From: a virus
Strand: one strand, 5' to 3'
DNA length: 64,000 nucleotides
Virus record (IMG/VR): IMGVR_UViG_3300022927_001391
Span: 1-64,000 of that record
The notes below the pieces were generated by a model. That model saw only the letters and a program-made list of their open reading frames with translations, was not told where the DNA came from and did no database searches. The translations under genes and the position numbers were made by a program. This document shows positions 19,941-29,361 of this stretch, piece by piece. Every line of letters starts with the position of its first letter. Position 1 is the first letter of the stretch.

Positions 19941-22900
19941 ATGCGTATTACAGAAGCAATCCAGCAAGTCGTAGCAATATATCCCGGGCGTTTTCACCCT
20001 TTCCACAAGGGTCACGCCAGTGTATATGGCTATCTTAAACAGAAATATGGCAGTGCTTATGTAGCAACAAGTAATAAAGTAGATCCACCCAAGAGTCCTT
20101 TTAGTTTCCCAGAAAAACGTGCAATGATGTTACATGCTGGTATTCCCAGTGATAGAATTGTACAAACAAAGAACCCCTATAAAGCAGAAGAGATACTAGA
20201 TTGGTACAATCCCGAAACAACAGCAGTAGTGTTTGCTGTTAGTGCCAAGGACATGGCTGATAATCCACGCTTTAGTTTTGCGCCCAAGAAGGACGGATCA
20301 GCCAGCTATTTCCAACCATTAGCTGGGCAAAAGAATTTAGAACCATTTAGTAAACATGCTTATATTGAAGTCGCACCAACTTTAGACTTTAAAGTCTTGG
20401 CTGAACCCATGCGCAGTGCTACAGAGTTACGCAAGAAATTTGCGCAGGCTGACACTGATACACAAAAGGATATAATAACAGATCTATATGGAACCTATAA
20501 TGCTCGTATTCACAGTATTATGGCCAATAAGATTAATGAAGCGTACTTGAAGTTTGAAGACTTACATAATATTATATTAGAGTTGTGGCGTTTAGACGTT
20601 GCTAAACCACTAGCAGAAGACGTAAAAGCTAAAATTATTGAACAAGTGCAGACAGCTAGAGAAGCCTGGCACAAAAAATACAAGCGCAATAAAAAAGTAC
20701 AGGAAGGTGATCTAATTCCATTTCCTGACAATACTATTGTCCTACAAACAACAAGTGATGAGGACTGGTATGAGCTGGGTAAAGACATTGCTAATTTAAG
20801 CAAAGCAGAAAAAGCAGAGTACGGACATGATGACTCTGATACACTAATGGTACTACCAGCACCTCTAGAAAAATATATTAAGGACAGAATAAAAAAGTTT
20901 ACTGGTTTGAAGTTCAAAGATACTAAACATCATGACAGTTACGAGTTAGCTGATATTGCTCACAAAGTATCAGAAGAAGATCAGCAACGCATTATTGAAA
21001 AGATTAGATCTCTTACTGAAACAATACGTAAGACTGGTAGTCAGTATACTGTTTACAGTAAAAAGGGTAAGCGCATGGGCACTTATCCAAGTAAAAAACA
21101 GGCTAAAGAACGTCTTAGACAGATTGAATACTTCAAGCATGTAAACGAAGCATTTGACAGTCCTTATCCACTAGTATGGGAAGGCAATCCAAATGGAGAT
21201 TCATCTGCTCTTGCTGAAATACCTACATCCAACGGCAACACTGCTTATTTGGATATAGAATTTAACACGTCAGGTGATAGTGGTCGTTTTGATATTAGCT
21301 TCACAAGAAATAGTAGAAGCAAAGCAGCAGGCACGGGCGATGAGTTTAGAGTTTTTGCTACAGTAATAGAAGCCATAAAGCAATGGTGGAATAAAGTTGA
21401 CCAGGATCGGGTTGTTAGTATAACTTTTAGTGCAGCAAAAAATACTAACGATAGTGCGATGTACCGTGGCGCTCCTGATAGTCCTCGTAGACACATACTC
21501 TATTCAAGATTTGCCAAACAATTTGCTAAACAAATTGGGTTTAAACTAAACATAGAAGATTTAGGTACTGGGGTTTATTTTTTCCTTACTAATCCAAAGA
21601 GCCTGTCAGATAATAAATTGGAGGAAGCATTTGACACCAAAGTTGAATGGGTCAAAGAGCTCGGACCAAGTGGGTCAACTGTATATGCTACTAAAGTAGA
21701 AGATGCTTATATAGAACTAACCTACAGGCCTGTGAGTAAGGGTGTATACATCAGTTTTACTCGTGGCGGTGTTATGAGTGTTACAGGTGAAGGTTCGCAA
21801 AATAAAATCTTTGGCGCTGTTATCAATCATATCAAACAATGGGCAGCAAAAAATAAACCAGAACAGATTATGTTTAGTGCCTTTAAACCTCGCACAGGCG
21901 CCTTTGGAAGTCAGGACAGTACTCGCAGTGGATTGTATCGCAAAATGGTACAACGCTTTGCTAACCAAAATGGTTATGAGTATGATGTAGAAGACACTGG
22001 AAACGAAGACACTTTTATTCTTAAAAGACAAGGTGTGGCGGAAGGTAAGAAAACAAACAAAGCATTTGTTAAACCACAGTTTGATGTAGAATGGGAAGAA
22101 GCAGCTCGCTATCCAGAGTTTCAAAAGATTGGCAAGGATGCCTGGATTGAACTTGCTAAGAAGGGCAAGTCAGTTACCATTAAAAGTGCTAAAGGTATTA
22201 ACAATACAGATGCCGCAGATCCTGATAGTTTTAAATCATTAGAACCAGAAAAACAAAAACGAGCTCTAGCACAACTAGAAAAAGGCACAGTTGAAATGCC
22301 CATTGTTGCTGTATACAGTGATGGCTACAAAGAATTAATTGGCGGCAATACAAGACTTACTGCTATGATGGCTAGAGACGGTAAGGCAACTGTGTGGGCA
22401 TTTAAAGTGCCAGACGAAGTTGCTAAACTAGCAGAAAACTTTGCGGAAGGTAAGAGTCCACATAAAAAAGGCACTAAGAAATACAAGGCACATATGGCAG
22501 CAATGCATGCTGGTATGAATGAAAGCTATAAACTACAACTAGAACGTGACGATGATCTACTCGTACTACACATTAAAGACACAAAGACTGGAAAGCGCAC
22601 TGAAGTAAGAGGAAAGCCCAACTACGAGGGCGATGGTTATGATGCCACAGATCCATTGCATCAACTCTTGGATAAGGTTGGCAAAGCAGCGAACATAAGT
22701 GAGCTTATGAATGGCGAGGTAGTAAGCATTAATCCACGTCATCCAGATGGACCACGTGCTAGAAAACATGCTGACAAGGCATTTAATGAAGACGTTGCCA
22801 AAGACTTAGAAGCAGAGTTTCCGGGTTTATACTTAGACTTATATAAAACAAAAGCAGGTTACATACTTGGCAAAATAGAACTACCTAAAGAAGAACGTGG

Positions 22901-23726
22901 TGAGGGCATTGGTACCCGAGTCATGCAACGAATCGTTGACATAGCAGACAGTGAAGGTGAAGTTGTTGCACTAACGCCCGATACAGCATTTGGTGCTAGC
23001 AGTAAAGGCAGACTCGAAAAGTTCTACAAGCGTTTTGGTTTCGTATTCAACAAAGGACGCAACAAAGATTATAGTTTTAGAGAAACAATGATTCGCTATC
23101 CTCAGGGCCCTCAAGCACGAGCAACAGTAAAAGATATAGCAGGCGAATCCATAGTTGAAATGGCCAAAAAGGTTCCAGGTGAACCTGGGTCCTATACAAT
23201 GAAACAGGGTAAAACAGAATATAAAATATCACCACAATTGAATAGTAATGATCGACCATCTGGTGAGTGGCAAATTTATGTGAAGGACAGAGGCGATTGG
23301 GAATGGGACAGGACAGTTGGTAGTAAAAGAGATGCTATTAATTGGATCAAAACCCAAAAAGACGAATCCATAAACGAAGCAGGTGTTGGGCGTATTACAA
23401 AACAGAACGCAACCAAAGACGCACCAATTGGTAGTGAGTTTGCAAATGTTAAGAAGCTAGGGTTGGGCAGTGGTAAGCCCAAAGAGCTACATGCTAAAGC
23501 AAGAAAGAATTCAGATCCCAATACACTATTCAATTTAGGTATTGGAGAATCTAAAGAACAAGAATTAGATGAAAGAGGCAGCATTACAGTACCATTTGCC
23601 AGTGGAACAAGTGTTACTATTGCGCCACATCGACCATTACGAGTTAAAAAGTCCACTAAAGGGAGACTACGTTATGAAAACCCTACAGCCAACACAAATA
23701 AATCTAAACGAGGAAAAACAGTATGA
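19941..23726 (+). CDS. Multi-module putative virion polyprotein: HIGH nucleotidyltransferase, two paralogous domains, ParB-like domain, GNAT and small modules
   Basis: YPGRFHPFHKGH; MPIV..ELIGGNTRL; ERGEGIGT..LEKFYKRFGF; modules separated by hydrophobic-x-E linkers. Confidence 0.75.
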   Translation: MRITEAIQQVVAIYPGRFHPFHKGHASVYGYLKQKYGSAYVATSNKVDPPKSPFSFPEKRAMMLHAGIPSDRIVQTKNPYKAEEILDWYNPETTAVVFAVSAKDMADNPRFSFAPKKDGSASYFQPLAGQKNLEPFSKHAYIEVAPTLDFKVLAEPMRSATELRKKFAQADTDTQKDIITDLYGTYNARIHSIMANKINEAYLKFEDLHNIILELWRLDVAKPLAEDVKAKIIEQVQTAREAWHKKYKRNKKVQEGDLIPFPDNTIVLQTTSDEDWYELGKDIANLSKAEKAEYGHDDSDTLMVLPAPLEKYIKDRIKKFTGLKFKDTKHHDSYELADIAHKVSEEDQQRIIEKIRSLTETIRKTGSQYTVYSKKGKRMGTYPSKKQAKERLRQIEYFKHVNEAFDSPYPLVWEGNPNGDSSALAEIPTSNGNTAYLDIEFNTSGDSGRFDISFTRNSRSKAAGTGDEFRVFATVIEAIKQWWNKVDQDRVVSITFSAAKNTNDSAMYRGAPDSPRRHILYSRFAKQFAKQIGFKLNIEDLGTGVYFFLTNPKSLSDNKLEEAFDTKVEWVKELGPSGSTVYATKVEDAYIELTYRPVSKGVYISFTRGGVMSVTGEGSQNKIFGAVINHIKQWAAKNKPEQIMFSAFKPRTGAFGSQDSTRSGLYRKMVQRFANQNGYEYDVEDTGNEDTFILKRQGVAEGKKTNKAFVKPQFDVEWEEAARYPEFQKIGKDAWIELAKKGKSVTIKSAKGINNTDAADPDSFKSLEPEKQKRALAQLEKGTVEMPIVAVYSDGYKELIGGNTRLTAMMARDGKATVWAFKVPDEVAKLAENFAEGKSPHKKGTKKYKAHMAAMHAGMNESYKLQLERDDDLLVLHIKDTKTGKRTEVRGKPNYEGDGYDATDPLHQLLDKVGKAANISELMNGEVVSINPRHPDGPRARKHADKAFNEDVAKDLEAEFPGLYLDLYKTKAGYILGKIELPKEERGEGIGTRVMQRIVDIADSEGEVVALTPDTAFGASSKGRLEKFYKRFGFVFNKGRNKDYSFRETMIRYPQGPQARATVKDIAGESIVEMAKKVPGEPGSYTMKQGKTEYKISPQLNSNDRPSGEWQIYVKDRGDWEWDRTVGSKRDAINWIKTQKDESINEAGVGRITKQNATKDAPIGSEFANVKKLGLGSGKPKELHAKARKNSDPNTLFNLGIGESKEQELDERGSITVPFASGTSVTIAPHRPLRVKKSTKGRLRYENPTANTNKSKRGKTV

Positions 23727-24000
23727 TGAACACTTACAGCGTTGTATTAAAGAACTTGAACAAATTGTGGAGGATCTCACAGGGTCAGAAAAACCAGGTA
23801 GTCGTCCAGGTAGTTTAAAACGGAAAGCAGCGCAGTATTTGGGCAAAGGAGCCGGAGAAGAACTAACTAGAACAGAACTAAAGCAGTTACGTGCCAAGGC
23901 AAACAAGATGAAAAAGTCCACCAAAAAGGACGAACGCGATCGTGGTATACAACTAGCTAGGCAAGTTAGTTTTGCTTTTAATATGCGAGATAGCAAATGA
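23674..24000 (+). CDS. Basic putative head-internal protein
   Basis: ATG 23674 after GGAG; LNEE and IVED motifs then Lys/Arg-rich region. Confidence 0.55.
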   Translation: MKTLQPTQINLNEEKQYDEHLQRCIKELEQIVEDLTGSEKPGSRPGSLKRKAAQYLGKGAGEELTRTELKQLRAKANKMKKSTKKDERDRGIQLARQVSFAFNMRDSK

Positions 24001-24233
24001 AACTTAACTTTGATATCAAATGTAGTGATTACACGAACACACCAGCGTACAGAGTATTTGTAAATGGTGAACTCATGCTTGAACGTGATTTTGTGATACC
24101 CAACGACGAGTTCAGTCACTATAACTTTACTGGATTTATTGATAGTGAAACAGCAAATATACAAGTTGAGAGCGTTACACCAGGCATTACATTTACATAC
24201 GACAATGTGAGATTGACCAATGAGAGCGAATGA
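23997..24233 (+). CDS. Hypothetical protein
   Basis: ATGA-coupled ORF. Confidence 0.55.
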   Translation: MKLNFDIKCSDYTNTPAYRVFVNGELMLERDFVIPNDEFSHYNFTGFIDSETANIQVESVTPGITFTYDNVRLTNESE

Positions 24234-24417
24234 ATTTATTAAAGAAACAGCAAGTGCTGGTGCTACCACAAGCGGAAATATTGCTGTAGTAGTAAATCCA
24301 GCAGTTGCTCGCAGTAAGAAAAAAGCAAAGAGTGTGAGTGCTTTGGATACAAACTATAGTTTGTTTGGCGCTGGTATGATCAAGCGCAATCCTAAAAAGC
24401 CGCTAGCCGCATTATAG
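24220..24417 (+). CDS. Small putative head-internal protein
   Basis: MRANEFIKE-TASAGATT, capsid-targeting-like N-terminus. Confidence 0.55.
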   Translation: MRANEFIKETASAGATTSGNIAVVVNPAVARSKKKAKSVSALDTNYSLFGAGMIKRNPKKPLAAL

Positions 24418-24451
24418 CATAAATATAATATATGTTTTTGAGGTTTTAACT

Positions 24452-24847
24452 ATGAATGATATTGCTAATACACGCAAAAAATTAAAACAGATTGCTGAAG
24501 GCAGCTTGGGCGATATGGCCAATCGCTGCGAAACAGATCACGAAGTTCAAATGGCACGTGCAGATCTATACAAGATCGGCAAGTACGCAATTGAGCTACA
24601 CGATATGCTTCGTAACGTAAGCGAAGAACAGGGATTAGAAGGCTGGGTACAATCTAAGATCACCAAGGCAGCAGATTACATGGGCAGTGTTAAGCATCAT
24701 CTCGAGTATGAGATGAGCGGAATGAATTCTGACAATCAGGAAGCGATGCCAGCAGATGCATTAGATGCACTTGAATCTACAGAAGCAGACCAAAACAAAA
24801 AGAATATGAAAGCCGAAAGTAAATTTAGCGATTGGAGTAAGAAATGA
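24452..24847 (+). CDS. Putative head-internal protein
   Basis: IAEG site; LEGWVQSKITKAADY..VKHHLEYE; CATAAATA upstream. Confidence 0.6.
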   Translation: MNDIANTRKKLKQIAEGSLGDMANRCETDHEVQMARADLYKIGKYAIELHDMLRNVSEEQGLEGWVQSKITKAADYMGSVKHHLEYEMSGMNSDNQEAMPADALDALESTEADQNKKNMKAESKFSDWSKK

Positions 24848-25449
24848 GCGATTTTTCAGACCTAGTAAAAAAACTAAATGCAATCTCAAATAACGAGGAA
24901 ACAGTAAGTGCAACAGGCGATACTGTTTATAAGCCAGTTGAGGAAGCAGTCGCTGGAACACGTGAAACAGCAAGTATTCTCAAAGCGTTTAATGAACTTG
25001 AAGAAGCAGCAAAGCCAGACTATATTGATTTAGATGGCGATGGCGATAAAGAAGAATCCATGAAGAAGGCTGCCGCTGACAAGAAAGCCAAGAAGGAATC
25101 TGTAGCTGAAGACAAAGCTAACGAAGATGTGCTAGGTGATATTGCTAGTCGATATCGTGACTTTATGAAGAGTGAAGTAGCACAGGGTAATGATCTAACC
25201 ACAGTTGATAGCGCAGTTAAAGAAGCCACAAGTTCTGCAACAGCAATCGATGATAGTTTTCAAAAGATGTTTAATATGATGGGCCGTCTTATGAACGTTA
25301 CAGCAGAAGGTGCAGTGCTTAGTAAAATGGTAGAACGTGAAGGTGGTGATGCTGCATGGATTGCAGATGCACATCAAAAACTAATTGAAGCTATGGAAGC
25401 TCTAGAAGAAGCACATATGTATAGCAACCCACCAGGGGAAGATGACTAA
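24844..25449 (+). CDS. Acidic prohead core/scaffold-like protein
   Basis: Many xxE sites; DLDGDGD EF-hand-like motif. Confidence 0.55.
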   Translation: MSDFSDLVKKLNAISNNEETVSATGDTVYKPVEEAVAGTRETASILKAFNELEEAAKPDYIDLDGDGDKEESMKKAAADKKAKKESVAEDKANEDVLGDIASRYRDFMKSEVAQGNDLTTVDSAVKEATSSATAIDDSFQKMFNMMGRLMNVTAEGAVLSKMVEREGGDAAWIADAHQKLIEAMEALEEAHMYSNPPGEDD

Positions 25450-25454
25450 TTATT

Positions 25455-25646
25455 ATGCGTTCCTCAGAATTTATTTCAAAAGCAATTACTGAGGCTGAGT
25501 TTGATGAAGCAGCCGGCGAAAAGGATGCCTGCTATCATAAAGTAAAATCACGTTACAAAGTTTGGCCAAGCGCATATGCTAGCGGTGCACTTGTAAAGTG
25601 TCGCAAGGTTGGCGCAGCTAACTGGGGCAATAAGAGTAAAAAGTAA
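25455..25646 (+). CDS. Small basic putative head-internal protein
   Basis: MRSSEFISKAITE-A; KDACYHKVKSRYKVWPSAYASGALVKCRK. Confidence 0.6.
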   Translation: MRSSEFISKAITEAEFDEAAGEKDACYHKVKSRYKVWPSAYASGALVKCRKVGAANWGNKSKK

Positions 25647-26056
25647 TGCGGGTCCACGAGTTTACAACCAACGAAGATCTACGCAAGTGGTTTAAGGACA
25701 AATGGGTTCGTTTCGGTCCTGATGGTAAAATTCGTGGCGACTGTGCTAGGGATAGTAATAGTGAAGGCAAGCCCAAGTGCTTACCACAAAGTAAAGCACA
25801 TGCACTGGGCAAAAAGAAGCGTGCTACAGCAGCAGGCCGCAAGCGTAGAGAAGATCCTAATAAAAATCGTAAGGGTGCAGCAAAGAACGTTGCTACCGAA
25901 GGCCCAATTGGTAAAGCAGTTGGTGCTACAGTAGGTGCGGTTACTGGCACAGCAGTAGGTACAGTAGGTGCCGCAGTGACAGGAAAACCAAGTAAGATAT
26001 ATAAGGGTGCTAAAAAAGGTGCCAAGCTAGGTAAAAAAGCACTAGGGTGGGCATAA
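25646..26056 (+). CDS. Basic putative head-internal protein with glycine-zipper tail
   Basis: MRVHEFTTNE-DLRKWFKDKWV; GAVTG repeats after a TEG site. Confidence 0.6.
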   Translation: MRVHEFTTNEDLRKWFKDKWVRFGPDGKIRGDCARDSNSEGKPKCLPQSKAHALGKKKRATAAGRKRREDPNKNRKGAAKNVATEGPIGKAVGATVGAVTGTAVGTVGAAVTGKPSKIYKGAKKGAKLGKKALGWA

Positions 26057-26901
26057 TGAGATTTACTGAATTTGATTTAACTCCAGCGCAACGGGCTATT
26101 AGAGAACACATTAAGCGTGGCGTTCCTTTTAGTGAATGCATGTTCCGTCCCGGTAGTGAAGCATTTACAGAGTTTTATACTCGTGTACGTGAGATGCGTG
26201 AAAATCTTGACCTAGACTGGCAGGATGCTGAACTACTTGATACAAACATTGGTGAATGCATTATGGTAGAGGGCGAGAGTGTTCCTCTTGATGTTCCTAT
26301 AGAAGAGATACCAGATGATGCGGTATCCGACAGTGATCCTTTTAACGATGTTGCAAGAAAAGAAATGAAACAAATGATTGCAACTCGATTAAATGACTTG
26401 GCGCCTGTAGAGCGACAGGTAGTTTTATTAAGATATTGGGAAGATATGTCAGTAAAAGAAATAGGCGAATACACTGGGTTAGGAACAAGACTTGCAAAAT
26501 CTAATCTAACCAAAGCTCTTCATAAAATGTATAAAAATTGGGGTAAGGGCAAACACAGCGTAAATTTAAGGCAACTTATACAAAAAGAGTCTGTTGACAT
26601 TGACGAAGCAGAGTACCAGGGACGCAAAGTTAAACTAAACTCACCCAAGCGTGGTGGTCCTAAGAAGTTCTATGTATACACTAAGAATGACAAGGGTAAT
26701 GTTATTAAAGTAGCATTTGGTGCAAAGGATGGTGGCGGCAATCTTGCAGTTAAACTAAAAGATCCTAAAGCACGTAGAGCATTTGCTGACAGACATAACT
26801 GCGAGAAAAAGAACGATAAAACCAAGCCAGGTTATTGGGCTTGCCGGTTGCCACGTTACGCAAAGTCGCTCGGACTGAGTGGTGGTGGTACCTGGTGGTA
26901 A
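26056..26901 (+). CDS. Putative head-internal protein with inserted sigma70 region-4-like HTH
   Basis: LNDLAPVERQVVLLRYWEDMSVKEIGEYTG between acidic N-terminal and basic EAEYQGRKVKL C-terminal modules. Confidence 0.65.
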   Translation: MRFTEFDLTPAQRAIREHIKRGVPFSECMFRPGSEAFTEFYTRVREMRENLDLDWQDAELLDTNIGECIMVEGESVPLDVPIEEIPDDAVSDSDPFNDVARKEMKQMIATRLNDLAPVERQVVLLRYWEDMSVKEIGEYTGLGTRLAKSNLTKALHKMYKNWGKGKHSVNLRQLIQKESVDIDEAEYQGRKVKLNSPKRGGPKKFYVYTKNDKGNVIKVAFGAKDGGGNLAVKLKDPKARRAFADRHNCEKKNDKTKPGYWACRLPRYAKSLGLSGGGTWW

Positions 26902-27164
26902 AGCCCTATACTGAAACTCGTAATAATAACGTAATTATAAGACGTTTCTCCGCAGACATTAATAGTGAAGAACTAGTCTGGCACAGAGATCATTCTGATC
27001 GTTATATAAGTATAATTGAAGGTACAGGCTGGCGCTTACAAATGGATAACCGGTTGCCTATGATATTGGAGCCCGGTGATAGTTTGCCTATCCCTAAAAA
27101 TACCTATCACAGAGTATTAGCCGGCAGTACAGACCTACTAGTAGAGATAGTAGAGTATAAATAG
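26895..27164 (+). CDS. Cupin-domain protein
   Basis: ELVWHRD...IPKNTYHRV. Confidence 0.7.
   Translation: MVKPYTETRNNNVIIRRFSADINSEELVWHRDHSDRYISIIEGTGWRLQMDNRLPMILEPGDSLPIPKNTYHRVLAGSTDLLVEIVEYK
27156..27163 (+). promoter_or_regulatory. T4-type late promoter TATAAATA
   Basis: Exact motif upstream of 27181. Confidence 0.6.
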
Positions 27165-27180
27165 TATAGAGGGTAATACA

Positions 27181-27492
27181 ATGCGAGCAGATCTTATTCG
27201 TCAGACACTATCACTACTAGAAGAAGTAGGCATGGAGTATGTAGCAGGCCGTGACTTTAACAAAGTCATGGATTTAGCTGATTACACACTAGGTTCCTTC
27301 TCACACGATGAGCCAGATGTTCGTAAGGTGGATTATGAAGTATTCCAAAAGACACGCGATGGTGGTTTTGAATATAACGATAAATTTTATCCTCAGGAAT
27401 TCTACAAGAAGGTAGCTGATCTCAAACTCAGCCCCTATGTAAAACCACAAGAAGCCGTCGAAGCTTTCAAAGCCTGGGTAGCAGCCCATTAA
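27181..27492 (+). CDS. Hypothetical protein (possible head-internal)
   Basis: MRADLIRQTLSLLEE leader. Confidence 0.55.
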   Translation: MRADLIRQTLSLLEEVGMEYVAGRDFNKVMDLADYTLGSFSHDEPDVRKVDYEVFQKTRDGGFEYNDKFYPQEFYKKVADLKLSPYVKPQEAVEAFKAWVAAH

Positions 27493-27517
27493 ATAAATAC
27501 ATAAGCAGGAGACGGCT

Positions 27518-28000
27518 ATGTTATCAAACACCACATTTCTGAAATGGTGGGTTCAACTCACCATTACTGTATTCTCTGTAGCAGTCATTACACATCTTGG
27601 CTGGTGGGAAGCACTATGGAATGCTGATCAAACTAAACTCAGCCTGGCTATTCTAGCTATGTTTGTATTTGCAACTGGTTTAACAGGTGTTATGAGCAAA
27701 AATCCAAATAGACAGGATCTTAGACCTCTAGGTAACTATGTCTGGTTTTGCAGTGAAGGTATGATTACGCTGGGTATGATTGGAACAGTCGCCGGCTTTC
27801 TTATGATGTTGGGTACAGCATTTCAAAATCTAGATGTTAGTAACATAACACAGATCCAGGGTGCTATGAAAGACATGGCTGTAGGTATGAGCACAGCCCT
27901 TAGCACCACACTAGTGGGCCTTGTTTGTAGTATTCTTACTAAGGTACAGATGGTAATCTTGGAGAACAGCTGGGACAATGGCGAACAAACCAAGATATAA
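27518..28000 (+). CDS. MotA/TolQ/ExbB proton-channel family protein
   Basis: TLGMIGTVAGF...GMSTALSTTLVGL. Confidence 0.8.
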   Translation: MLSNTTFLKWWVQLTITVFSVAVITHLGWWEALWNADQTKLSLAILAMFVFATGLTGVMSKNPNRQDLRPLGNYVWFCSEGMITLGMIGTVAGFLMMLGTAFQNLDVSNITQIQGAMKDMAVGMSTALSTTLVGLVCSILTKVQMVILENSWDNGEQTKI

Positions 28001-28598
28001 AACTAGCTTTGGATTTATAGACCTACTGTTTAACCTACTGGTTGGGTTTACATTTCTGTTCATACTAGCATTTATTCTTATCAATCCAGTAGCAAAAAAA
28101 TATGACTTTGATCCCAAGGCTGAATATCTAGTTATAGTAAACTGGAACCCTGAAAGTTCTAGTGATATAGATTCTTGGATAAAAGATAACAATGGCAATG
28201 TGGTTGGGTTTAGAAACAAAGATTTTGCACTAATGAATTTAGATAGGGATGACCTTGGGTTTTCTAATGATACGATAATTGATCCAACTGGAAAAATATC
28301 ACAAATAAAGATCAATCGTGAAGTAATTAGTATACGCAGTAATGATCCCAGGACTTATACAGTTACAGTACACTGGTATAGAAACACAATAAAATCAGTC
28401 ACACAAGAAGAAGTAACTGTAGAGTTAATAAAGGTAAATCCATATTTTATAGTTAAAGAAAAAAAAATTGTGTTAAGTAAGGAAGGTCAAGAAGTTCACC
28501 TGTTCAATTTGAAAATTAACGCTGATAAATCTATAGAAATAACTGAAACAGGTGAGTTAATCATTTATAATCCTAACAACCTAAGAAAGAAATTTTAA
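27978..28598 (+). CDS. MotB/ExbD-like partner
   Basis: Single TM with Asp (FIDLLFNLL), then periplasmic domain. Confidence 0.6.
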   Translation: MANKPRYKTSFGFIDLLFNLLVGFTFLFILAFILINPVAKKYDFDPKAEYLVIVNWNPESSSDIDSWIKDNNGNVVGFRNKDFALMNLDRDDLGFSNDTIIDPTGKISQIKINREVISIRSNDPRTYTVTVHWYRNTIKSVTQEEVTVELIKVNPYFIVKEKKIVLSKEGQEVHLFNLKINADKSIEITETGELIIYNPNNLRKKF

Positions 28599-29047
28599 TG
28601 AACAGTTATCTATTAATGGTATGGGTTGGAGTAGGCATAGTTTGCTTTATACCTTTCTTTAGCAAAAGCAAAGCAGCATTGTTTCTTGCTCCACTTATTA
28701 TGCTAAGTGTATACGGAAGTTTTTACTACAGTGAAAGTCAGATAGGTAGACCCTATTACGACAAACCGGTGAAATTTCTTTACCAGTATCATAAAGTTGA
28801 TACTATAGATAACCAAAAATGGATTACACTACTAGCAATAGTAGATAACGACGACAGACTTTATAGATTTCCATACGATAAGAACACAGAAGAAGAACTA
28901 AAACGGGCACAGGATCGAAGCAAGAGCGGAACTCCGCAAGTTGGAGAGTTTAAGAACAACAAAAAGAAAAAAGGGGTTGATCGCAACATGCAGGATCTTA
29001 AAATGTATGATCTGCCACACACCAAAATAGTTCCCAAGGCTGGTTGA
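28598..29047 (+). CDS. Membrane protein (2 N-terminal TM)
   Basis: Coupled third gene of the operon. Confidence 0.55.
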   Translation: MNSYLLMVWVGVGIVCFIPFFSKSKAALFLAPLIMLSVYGSFYYSESQIGRPYYDKPVKFLYQYHKVDTIDNQKWITLLAIVDNDDRLYRFPYDKNTEEELKRAQDRSKSGTPQVGEFKNNKKKKGVDRNMQDLKMYDLPHTKIVPKAG

Positions 29048-29072
29048 CAAACTACAGCGTTACAAGTATAAT
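29044..29072 (+). promoter_or_regulatory. Sigma70 promoter TTGACA-N17-TATAAT
   Basis: Perfect consensus ahead of the DsbA-like/DNA polymerase genes. Confidence 0.75.
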
Positions 29073-29094
29073 ATATTATCATAAGGAGATATTA

Positions 29095-29361
29095 ATGAGC
29101 AACGGTGATCGTGTTTTCAATCAAGAAGAAAAAGGTAAACTAACACAACTAATTAACGAGGGCCTGTCAGTTTTACAGGAAGTTGACGACCTCAGTGGCG
29201 GCCTAGATGACACAGTAAAGGCTATTGCAGAAGAAATGCAGATTAAGCCAGCAGTACTTAAAAAAGCAATTAAAACAGCATACAAGGCCGACTTTGCACG
29301 CCATAGTGAAGACCTAGCAGAACTGGAAAACATTCTAGCAACTGTTGGCAAACTTCAGTGA
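29095..29361 (+). CDS. T4 DsbA/GapR-like dsDNA-binding protein
   Basis: 88-aa helical protein; AAGGAG RBS before ATG 29095. Confidence 0.55.
   Translation: MSNGDRVFNQEEKGKLTQLINEGLSVLQEVDDLSGGLDDTVKAIAEEMQIKPAVLKKAIKTAYKADFARHSEDLAELENILATVGKLQ

Noticed and set aside
27518-28598. Zorya defence system
   Set aside because: The MotA-like protein lacks the long ZorA tail, the partner has no evident OmpA domain, and ZorC/D/E are absent
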